A DNA stretch of 64,000 bases, taken from contig NW_003314417.1 of assembly GCF_000143415.4 (NCBI RefSeq), positions 19,483-83,482 on the forward strand, given 5' to 3'. The number at the start of each line of letters is the position of its first letter. Positions within the stretch are counted from its first letter, which is position 1. Position numbers and translations under genes: made by a program. Positions 51,401-61,554 of this stretch are shown here, piece by piece. This DNA is from Selaginella moellendorffii. Taxonomy: Eukaryota > Plantae > Lycopodiophyta. The notes under the pieces were generated by a model. The model worked only from the letters and a program-made list of their open reading frames with translations, searched no databases and had not been told where the DNA came from.

Positions 51401-53872
51401 AATGGAGTTTGTCACCGCAACACACGGGACACCCTTGAGTAGTGCGGCTCGAAAGAATAGTCCGCCGCAGTTGTACTCGACAACGCATTTGCCCTTGGAG
51501 TCACCCGCTATTGCGTTGAAGACCCAGCTGAGCATTTCCCATGCTGCACCTGGAGCTTTCTTTGGATTCGAAAGCTCCATAGCCGTCTTCAGTTCCTCAG
51601 GCACGGGTAAATTGACCTCCCTCAGATCAATTCAATCGGCTTTGTTGAACGAAGCTGGGAAGTCACTCCAATCCCACTCTGCTGCAGGACCAATAACAAG
51701 GGCGAGTGTGAAGATGCGAACATTCGTCGGTATCTTCTTCTTAGCCATTATCCCATGGATCTCCCGCATCTCCTTGCCTTTCAACCGAGCCTTCACCTCG
51801 TTCAAGGCCTTCCAGAACTTGTGATAGGATTCGGAGTCGTAGATCATATAGTGGACTGAAGATTCCACCTCCGCAAGTCCCACCATTAAGTCAATGATGG
51901 AGCTAACTTCGTCTGCATGAGTGATCTCCTCGTTTGTGAAGTCCATCACACAAAAGATGTTCTTGACCTGCTCATCTCCGCGGGAAACGATGCTCTTCCA
52001 CCTTTGATCCTCATCCGAATTCACGTATACCCGGTAAGGTTCTCGATAGGCCTCTGCTGCGGGGTCGAGTTGTTTCTGAAGCCGGCGGTCGACATCCCTC
52101 TTAATGAAATTTGGATACTGATCCAACTTCTCAGCTTTACTTTTCGTGGCATCCCGCAGCAGATCGATGAACTTGGGGGCCCCCTTCACGTAGTCGTCGA
52201 TGTCTTCATTTGACAACTCCAGCTCTTCCATCATCTCTTGCGTGGTGTCGATGCTCACCCTCGCCACGGCCACTTGCTCGAAGATCCAATCCTTCAATAG
52301 CGCACGAGCTCTCAGAGTCGTGCACAAGTCCTCGTATGTCACAATATGGCCGGGAGTCATTTTGGTCTTGTTGAAGACTACCTCACCACGTAGAAGAGCA
52401 TTAGCCACTGTCAGAAGGTCGTCGTCGTCTAGAGACCGCGAGAAACGCAAGGCGTTGAGCTTCAAATCATTGGGCTTCCGACCGTCCTCCACACCCATTG
52501 AGTTTAGCAACTCCCCGTCATGGTACCTCCTCAGCACATCTACCCATTTGTCAAAACCAACTTTTGTCGCGAGTAGAATGTTATGGATGCTGAGTGTGTC
52601 ATTGACCCCCAGTGTTTTCGAGAGAAGACTCGAGAATTCCTTCAATGGAAATGGCGTGAGGCCACATGCTATGCCACATGCAACGAGGCTTACCTGCCAG
52701 GCGCTAGTTGCTAGTGCACGTCCTTGTCCTGGTTTTTGTGGCTTCTTCAGTTGAACCCAGAGCTTCCGTGTTCGTGCCAATGTCTCGTGCAGACCCGATT
52801 TGTAGCACGTTTCTTGCTTGACATTCTGCGCGTGGGAGATGTATATGATAGATCGGAGGGGCGAGTTGCCTTTTATCAGGCGGACAACTCTTGTCTTGAA
52901 GACTTTCTTTACCTCCTCGCCCACCATAATATCCACAACTATCTGTTGCATCGCCAAGCTAGAATGCTGCCCGGAGACGGCATAGAACTGGATGTTCTGA
53001 TCGTCCAACACCTTCCTATTGATCAAGTCTGGAAACCTCGTCTCGCCCTTCATTGTTCGGTAGTAGGGGATCACGTCTGCGATGTCGGGTGTTACTGGAC
53101 TTGCCAGCATCTTCTGCTTCAGTTTCTCCACCCACTCATCAGATACTAGCCTGTGGTTGTATTTGCTTTGGATCTCGATACGGCTCACGTCGATTGTATA
53201 TACTTTGTTGGAATAGTAACAAGTACTATTATCTGCGACAATTTTTGCTGCCTCTTCTTGCTCTTTCTGCTCTTTGCGGCTCTTCTTTTTGGTGGGTGTA
53301 GTGTTCGAACCCGAGGCAATGGCATCACCGAGTAGCTTCTTTTTTGGAGCAGCAGAGTCGGACGTCGGCTTGAGCTTGACCACCCTTTTCTGCTTCGGGG
53401 TAGTTTCCAGATCGACCCCCTTCCCCTTCGCTTCGCAAACTGGAGGCACTCTCAACGGCTCAATGTTGGAATATAGTTTTTGAACATCGCCGTAGGTGAG
53501 GTCTGTGGATTCCATGTGATCTTCATAGACCCGCAGCGTCTTTGAAATTGTGGGCCTCCTGGACAACCTCTCCCTAGCTCCCTCTAGGAATTCCTCATAG
53601 CCGCTGCCCCCCTCCGGGAAGCCGCTAGGATGTGCAAGGTGGATCTTGAAGGCGGACGTTGTCTCTACCACAAGTGCCAGTCCATATTCTTGCATGGAAC
53701 TGCATGGAGTGTCTGTCACTTGGATGAGGATCCCTATGCATTCTTTTCTCCCACCATCTGTGTTGTACAGCATCAGATCCTCGCCTTCCATCCCGAAAGT
53801 CCAACTGGTGAGCTCCTCCCCCTTCTCTGCATCCACATTGACAGTGGCTGGAAGAAGAACGCAATTCCTCGC
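48500..53872 (-). CDS. Multi-exon cargo gene (>=1638 codons): ParB/DGQHR-like domain + degenerate N4/N6 DNA methyltransferase-like domain + acidic/low-complexity linker + FCP1/NIF-like HAD phosphatase domain; this copy has a CGA>TGA stop at 51632-51634
   Basis: Exons 53872-52694, 52639-51322, 51271-51197, 51140-51069, 51019-50876, 50828-50262, 50204-50190, 50140-50033, 49985-49410 and 49362-48500 are joined by nine 47-57-nt GT-AG introns, all frame-consistent. Motifs: FYAVSGQHSSLA; KKAP..MLSWVF..KCVVEYNCGG..RAALLKGVPCVAV; IVFDLNGVL..GVWTS..ILIIDDSP. The start codon is not resolved. Confidence 0.75.
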
Positions 53873-54324
53873 CTGTTCAGAAATGCACAACAATTAGAGC
53901 TGACAGATGAAAAGCTAGCAGCTGGAAATAACGTGAGGCCACACGCCATTCACCACTGCATCAGATGTCTTGAGGCTGCATCCTAAGATGGCGTGAGGCT
54001 ACACGCCATCTGTAACCGAACTGCACTCGAGAGCCCAATCGGTGCATGCCAATGTTGCTACTGAATGGCATGTGGCCTCATGCCATTTTCTACTTGGCCT
54101 AAAAGATTTACCATTTGAAGCCGAATGGAGGCCGTGACAATCGAGGCCGGACTCGCTAGCGAATGTGCACTGTGTGTGCAGCGGATCGTAGCAGCAAGGC
54201 TACTCTGCCACTTACAGTTGGAGAGTGGTGCTGAAATCTCCCGGGACGCCAAGTGGGCTGCGTGTGGGTGGCGGAGTGGGCGGCAGAGTTGGCAGCGAAG
54301 TTACAAACTGGGTGTGTCTTGAAG

Positions 54325-54500
54325 TGGACGCCGATGCACACGAGCGCGATGCGAGCGTGAGTGTGATGCAAGCGCGAGTGGACGCCGATGCACACGAGAA
54401 ACCTGTAGAGAAGTGAGTGTGATCGCGAGTGGGAGCGCGATGCGAGCGGGAGCGCGAGTGTGATGCGAGCACGAGCGCGAGTGTGCGAGCGCGAGTACAA
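54325..54500. repeat. CG-rich degenerate repeat ((GCGCGA/GTGTGA/TGCGAG)n) upstream of the cargo gene
   Basis: Visible short-unit repetition, with duplicated GTGGACGCCGATGCACACGAG. Confidence 0.65.
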
Positions 54501-55711
54501 AGCAAAATGCAAAACCTAACCTCACACGCGCGAAATGTCACAACGGTTGGTAATCCTGCCACGTCATCATTCCTCGGACTTGGGCGCCACCATTAATTTC
54601 TGAAGTGCCGCGCGCATGCAAGCACGCAAAATCCAAAAGAAATCCGCAACGTCATCATTCCTCGGACTGCATGCACGCGAAATCCAAAAGAAAGATCATG
54701 ATTGGGATATCATTTAATACCCTCGCTATATTTATACCATGCATGATTGGATATTCCAAAGCATCTTGTATTTCCAAAAATGGCAGATGTTCAGCTAAAT
54801 AAAGAAATTCTATCTGTTTCTATTTTTCTCTCAAATCAATATTATAGCGTGTGGGCTCATGCAATTTTGAACCAAAGAAACCCAAAAAACGTTGGACCCA
54901 AAATATTTTGAAAAAACCCAAAAAACCCTAAACATTGTAAACCCAAAAATCCAGGCGTCCTGTGGCGTTATTCCTTGAATGGCGTGTGGGCGCATGCCAT
55001 TTTCAGGGCCAAATGCTGAATGGAGAAAAATTCCCTTTCAGTGCAAATGCTGCAAGAGGCAGATGCCGAGCACAAAGGACTGTAACTACCTCACATGACA
55101 CAGATAAACTTTTCTCTATTTGGCAAAGATAAACTTTATAGCGTGTGGGCTCATGCAATTTTGAACCCAAAAAATGCACCAAAAAATTCTCGGCGTCATG
55201 TAGCGTTATCTCTTGAATGGCGTGGGGCCGCATGCCATTTTCAGGGGCACATAGGAGTATATTCCTAGGATATTCTGACACGCGCGAGATTTTTTTGAGT
55301 TTTCTGGAGATCCAACCGTTAGATCGCAACTAGATTTTACAGAATGGTATACAATGTCTTTCTTGATGACCCTGCAAAGAAGCATCTCGATCGGACACCA
55401 CATGAGACCACACGAGCCTTACAATGTTTCAGGGGCATTTGCCATAGATCCGACCGTTATTTTGCTCCAAGATTTTACAGTTTGGTGTGCATTGACCTTT
55501 CCATCGAAACTGCAAAGGGACATCACAATCAGATGCGGGATCACAAGAAACTAACTTCACTAACTCTGGTTTCACCAAGATCTACGTAAGGAGTTATGAA
55601 ATGAAAGGACCCTCTCTATTGAAATGTGTTTATGGTCCTAGGGGCATTGTGACATATCAAAGGATTTTGCATCAAGTTCTGTATTTGCATGTTTATCAAG
55701 CTACTGAATTG

Positions 55712-55730
55712 CTAAACCCTAAACCCTAAA
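55712..55730. promoter_or_regulatory. Telo-box-like plant telomeric motif (CTAAACCCTAAACCCTAAA)
   Basis: About 2.7 copies of CCCTAAA in the transposon's intergenic region. Confidence 0.4.
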
Positions 55731-56124
55731 CATGTGGCAAATGCTGCGTGAAGAAAGATGCCCTTTCTGGGCAAATGCTGTAAGAGGCAGATGCTGAGCA
55801 GATGTATCTCAGGCTAGCGAAGGGGACAAACGAAAGCTAGCTATAAACATGACGGGATGCAAATAGATTACTAGGCTGGTCTTACGAAAATCAAAAACCA
55901 TAATTGAAAACATTGAAAATGCAAAAAGAAAGGTTTATAATATTTTTGAATTTTAAGCAACCAAAGGAATGTAAGTAGGGCATGTGTTTGTAAGTTTAAA
56001 AATGCCTCAACCACTTAAATTCCCAAGTAAATAAAGCTGTTTCTATTTTTGGTACAGGTAAACTTTATAGCGTGTGGGCTCATGCAATTTTGAACCCAAA
56101 AATGCACAAAAAAATGCTCGACTA

Positions 56125-56226
56125 GCATTATTCTTTGAATGGCGTGTGGCCTTATGTCGAGCATTATTCTTTGAATGGCGTGTGGCCTTATGTCGAGCAT
56201 TATTCTTTGAATGGCGTGTGGCCTTA
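56125..56226. repeat. 36-bp tandem repeat x3 (GCATTATTCTTTGAATGGCGTGTGGCCTTATGTCGA)
   Basis: Three direct copies, each containing a degenerate copy of the element's palindrome. Confidence 0.85.
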
Positions 56227-56599
56227 TATTGCCATAAATGGACGTACACACACAGCATAATTATTCCTTTACACGGCGAATAATCTTGGCGCGGATCGCT
56301 GACATGGCATGGCAAAGTTCGAATCACTGACATGGCACAGCTGGATCGAGGCAAGGACATGATGTGACAAAGTTCAACCTCCGACAGCAAAGTCTAGAAG
56401 CTACTCAGTTTGAAATTTGTCAGAGGAATCATAAGATCTGGTTTGTCAGAGGATTTGATGTGACGTTCAAGCGTGTGTTATTTTTGAATTCTCGAACTCA
56501 TTCCTAGATCTATCATTTTTGTGCGCCGTGTTCTTGGTTCCGCTGAGCACAGTGAGCGCTGCTTGTGTAAGCGGCGTTGTGGGCTGTGGTTTATGCGTC

Positions 56600-56722
56600 T
56601 ACGAGCGGTTGCGGCATTGCGAGCGGCAGTTTATGCGAGTGGTAGTTTGTGCGAGCGGCACTACGAGCAGTTGCGGTGTTGCGAGCGGCGCTACGAGTAG
56701 TTGCGGTGTTGCGAGCGGCACT
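56600..56722. repeat. 30-bp-period CG-rich tandem repeat (GCGAGCGGCACTACGAGCAGTTGCGGTGTT) upstream of the transposase
   Basis: Two to three near-perfect and further degenerate units. Confidence 0.7.
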
Positions 56723-57085
56723 GTCTTTGGTGTGGCTACCGCTTCCTCTTGATATTCGGCACTTATGCTTCCTGGTATGTTCACCATGGAATGGCTTAGG
56801 ACCACATTTAGAAATGGCATGAGGCCACATGCCATCTTGGGCCCTTGCAATTTCATGGCTAGCGTATTGTCATGTATGTTTTTACTTGCCTGCAGCTGTG
56901 TGTATATCAAGATGGCATGAGGCCTCATGCCAATTTTGTGAATGCGAAATTTCACGTGGGTGTCAATAGCATGTTTGAATAATGGCATGTGGCCTCATGC
57001 TATTGAAGTTGTTTGGTATGTTATGATTTAGGCCATTCTCCAATCATTTTTTGTATGGTCTTAACTTCTTTTCTGCACTTTCAGA

Positions 57086-60000
57086 ATGGCCTTCAGGGTT
57101 GGGGAAAAGGTTTACATTTTGAATGGTGGGAAGAGAGTTGCAAAAGGGACCCTTGTGTCTATGGATCGGAACTTTGTTATACACTGTCAAAGGCTTGGGG
57201 AAGGCAATGCTGCTGTATCAGTAGAGACTGTCTTCGATGGGAATGTGGTCGCTATTGAACGAGGAGAGATGGTCGTCGGGGTAAATGTTGTTGTTGCCTT
57301 GAAAAATCTTCAGAAGAAAGCAGATGTTGGGGACAGCGCAAGTGCGACGCATGTTCCCTCCGTGGATCTTAAGAACTGTGCTACATGGATTCAGGCAAAG
57401 GTGTTTCTAAACAACCCCGAGGGGGAGGTGGTAGCTGAGGGCTTAGCCACAGTTATCGATCCAAGAGATGCGGTTGCTAATCAAGAATTGGGCTGGGATG
57501 ATATTGGAGTTGCGATTTTAGAGGTTGTTGACACAAAAGAAAACAGTCTGACTATTGGAAGCATTGTGCGGTGGAAATTGAGGCACTTAGTGTTTGAGAA
57601 TGTGAAGGATTCACAATCAAACACCACTACAACTGATGACAGAACATCTCTTCATGGGAAAAGAAAGTACACCTTCCTAAAGCGCAGCCAAAGGGATCTG
57701 AGCAACGAACCGAAAAGGCAGAAAATGGCGATGGAGGTTCGAATGGTCTCGACAGTTGCTTGTTGCAAGAGGAGGTGCTGTCAACATGCTGATTGGGATG
57801 CTATTGAAGAGGAGAGAGCAAGATACAAGACATTGTCCTGGAAGGCAGCTCGCAATTTTGTGTATGAGGCATTACGGTCATCTGTTGATGCTTCAGAACA
57901 TCAGGTGGGGGGCATGGTCTTCCAGAGGGGTTTGGTCTGCATGAAGGCATGGAGAATCATTTATGGAGTCCCTCGAACCACATTCTACAGAATCAAAACT
58001 GAGTTTGAGGAACAAAGGGTTCAACAAGCAGTCCATGGGAACGACGGTACGCACAAAACCAGGGGTCATGTTGTATATGGAGAGGCAATCTTCAAGAGGT
58101 TTGTCGAGACATGTAGCGAGCAGCAACCACATAAAACCCGCCTCTTGGAAGATGGAACACGAGACACCCAACGAGTTCTCCCTTCCATGTATACCAAGGG
58201 GGCCATATTGGAAGATGTGAATCGGGAACTCCAGAGTAATGGCTACAGGAAGCTGAGCCAATCTAGATTTAGTAGATTGTGGAGCAACAGGTTCAGGGAT
58301 GTGAGTATAGGAAAGTACTCCAGCTTTTCAAAGTGTGACGAGTGCACTGCTATCAAAATGGCTTTGTCGAAGAATTCTTGCAGCGCTCAAGAGCGAGAGA
58401 CGTTGGTTAGAAGGCGGCTCGACCACAACATCGAGCAGAGAAGCTACAGGACTGCATATTATCATAACAGGATTCTCTCCATGGAGAGACCTGACTCTTA
58501 CCTCTGCATCATCCATGACAAAATGGACCAGAAAAAGACGTGCTTACCTCGACTCAATCCTGCCCCCAAGGCAATCTCTTCATCCATGCAGCTGCCTGTG
58601 TCTCTATTTGGCATAATCGCTCATGGGCATGGTGCCCAGAACTATGGGAACTTCTTTGTACCTCTATGGGGTGGCGGGGGTGCAAACATGATGATTGCGT
58701 CCCTAGCAAAACACTTAAGGTCTCTGCAAAGTGCGCAGACTGAGCTGAATGGCCAACCCTTGCATAAGGCCCTTGTCGATCGAACCCCATACAGGGTTCA
58801 GCTGGAGGAGGAGCAAAGGCTTGCAGTATCGCGTGGGGCCCCATGCCATCCCAGTGAATATGTTGACCGTCAGATTGTAGGGTTATCACGTGAGGCCTCA
58901 TGCCATTCCGACGAGGCTGGTCGCCCGGTGAATGCACAGCCTCATCCAAACGAAGCAGAATCTCAAGGAAGTTCTTGCGGCCGATGTGGCCTTCCACCCC
59001 ATCTTCTGCTCCAAACAGACAATGCTGGCAGTGAGAACAAAAACATGTACGTCTTCGCGTACTTGGCGATGCTTGTTGCCAAAGGCATATTTGAAACGGT
59101 TACACTTGGCTTTCTCATGGTTGGGCACACTCATGAAGACGTCGATGCCATGTTCAGTCACCTGGCAGAGTCCCTCCGGCGATCCAATGTCCTCACCCTC
59201 CCACAACTCTACGATGAATTCCAAAATTGCATCAAAGGCACTGTTGAAGCTGCACTTTTAACAGAGGTTCCAGACTTTAAGGGGTTTGTAAGAGGCTACA
59301 TCAGGGACGGATCCGAAACGCTGATTGGCCACTCCAAGCCTCTTCAGTTTCATTTCAGCATGTGTGACGGTGCTCCAGTGATGAGGTACAAGATGAGAGA
59401 ATGGGACACAGTGTGGCTGCCAGTGGACGGCATTGAACTCTTCAAGAGAGATCCCATAACTGGGGAACCTATGATTCCTCAGGGTTCCCCACGGCCGATG
59501 CACCCGGATGGACTCAAAGACCAGGAAAGTATAGTGGCCGGGATTAGATAGCATATTGCCTTCTGGAAGAGGGGGTTGGTGTTTGGTGGAGAATCCTATT
59601 TTCAGAGGTGCAAACCTTTGCTCGAATACTGGGAGAAGATTATATCTGCTATCCAAAATGGGCCGGTTGTATATGAAGAATTGGAAGAGTCCTTTTGGCC
59701 AGAACCCAGAGCACCAGATAGTAGCGGAACAATGTCCTCTGGAAATGCAGTGACAGATAACGATGTTGAGGATCACTATTGTGGGCCGAGGAACAAGAAG
59801 CCGGATTCAGCATTCAATCCAGTACAGGTCTGCAAAGGAATGGTCGTGCTTGTCAGACCCAGTAATAAAAAACAAATGATATGGGTGGGGCGCTGCATCA
59901 CTGATGCAGAGGAGGACGCAGAAACTAACTCCTTCAATGTAACTGTGGAGTGGTTCAAGCCAAGTTCCGGATATACGAACGATTGCCTAGAAAAGAGATG

Positions 60001-60227
60001 GGTGCTGAATCCAAGGGATCCCAGCATGAGCATATCGGTGGATAATGTTGTGCATGGTTGGATGCGGAAGCAGAGTGCCACCATCACCTTGCCAGACCAT
60101 GCAAGAGATGTAGCAAGAGCATTCATAACCCGGGTTCAAGGTGAGATTCATGAATATTCCTTTACTAAGTTTCTAATGTATTTTATTTCAAGGTGAACAA
60201 TCCGAATCTGAATCAGAGGAGGCGTGA
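57086..60227 (+). pseudogene. Sola-like DDE/D transposase of copy 3 (~1029 aa if intact; premature CAG>TAG at 59549-59551; probable intron 60141-60192)
   Basis: ORFs 57086-59551 and 59576-60196 match the uninterrupted ORF of copy 1. Catalytic motifs DKMDQ, QTDNA and GHTHEDVD. Confidence 0.88.
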
Positions 60228-60534
60228 TGGCATGTGGCCTTACGCCATTCCTAAGTGAGATGATACAAATAACAAATAACAAGATCTTTCTCTAAAATGT
60301 TATTTAGCATGTGGCTTCATGCCATTGCTCTCCACAATCATGCATTGAATTTCTATCCTTGCATAATACTTCTCCATATATATAGCATGTGCGCACATGT
60401 GATATGGTTCATTAGGCCTGATATAGTGTGTGAGGTAAAACAAAGATGATGTGACATATGCATTTACCAATCACACGTGCATAAATCTAATAATATGGCG
60501 TGTGGCCCATATTAATGGCACATAAACCCATATT

Positions 60535-60894
60535 GTGGGCTTACGTGCTTTATGTACCATCATTCCCTTGCAACGTGTGTGTTGGTTTCCTTTTATAACA
60601 CAACGAACTCCATATTTTAGGGTGAAGAGCGTTCTCATGGCAAGCACAAAATCTGTAAGTGAGGCAGAAAAGGAGACGGAGAAGGAGATAGGTGAAAATG
60701 TAGAATATATAAGTCTTCCAAACTCCCCGTACTATACTCCAGGTGATCATTTTTCTGAACAAACGGCAACATTAACAACTATCGAGAACGCCCCAGTAAC
60801 GTCAGAGACAACAATCCAAAGCAAAACAACTGACCCGGAGAAGGATGATAGTACCGCTGAGAGTACCAAAAAGGAGGTGTCCACTAGCGCTTAG
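60535..60894 (+). other. Small acidic ORF in the right arm of the transposon (also 2677-3036); coding status doubtful
   Basis: Open in both copies, but the copies are too similar for this to show selection. First ATG gives MASTKSVSEAEK... Confidence 0.25.
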
Positions 60895-61530
60895 GCTTAT
60901 AATGGCGTGTGCCCTCATGCCATTTACTTGATCACCAAATACCTTTTTCCCTTTGCACTAGTATATCTTAATACCGGTCTGAGAAATAGAATGGCATGTG
61001 CCCTCAGGCCTTTTACTAAATCACCTTTGAAAGAAATGCAAGCCTCTATGTCGTAAAAAAAAGGTACTAGAGAAATTCCTTAATAATATGAATGTTATTT
61101 AGTTTCATGAAAATACACTAAGGGTTAAATGAGTTAAATGACTTCTCCAGACTAGCAATACCTCTTGCTACACCTTCACAATTAGATTCGTTAGAAAAAG
61201 ATAACATTGAATAATATCTAAATGTTCTCACCATTAAGTGATATGTCTGGCTAATAGGAATGACGTTCATCTTGGAAAGCTCACCACACGCTCAATGAAC
61301 AAACAAATAGTGTGTGCGCACATGCCATCGCTCTTCTTTAGTTTCAGATTCGGCTTGTTCACCTTGACAATGAGATTTATTATACAACCAGATGGACTCA
61401 GTCTGGACATAAAGTCACCGTGCTAGTCACCATGCCCCAGATATGTCTAGCCCCTGGACAAAAAACATATAATTTCACGTCATTTTCAAATACTTGAAAA
61501 TTTGTACCTAGTCCCATTTTACTGAATAAA

Positions 61531-61554
61531 TCCCACTTTAACGAAATAGAGCAT
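61531..61554 (-). repeat. Right terminal inverted repeat
   Basis: TCCCACTTTAACGAAATAGAGC-AT; same end at 3673-3696. Confidence 0.92.

Larger units (their letters stand above)
48082..61554 (+). mobile_element. Complete ~13.5-kb Sola-like TIR DNA transposon (copy 3) with two divergent genes
   Basis: Perfect 22-bp TIR core GCTCTATTTCGTTAAAGTGGGA (48084-48105, 61531-61552). Duplication TGCT at 48078-48081 and 61555-61558. The flanking retroelement protease is continuous across the insertion. Confidence 0.92.

Noticed and set aside
55712-55730. Telomere or healed chromosome break
   Set aside because: Fewer than three repeats, internal to the transposon; at most a telo-box.
48444-61330. CRISPR array or bacterial REP elements for the 22-bp palindromes and the 36-bp repeat
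   Set aside because: Irregular spacing, no unique-spacer periodicity, no cas genes, eukaryotic intron-containing context.
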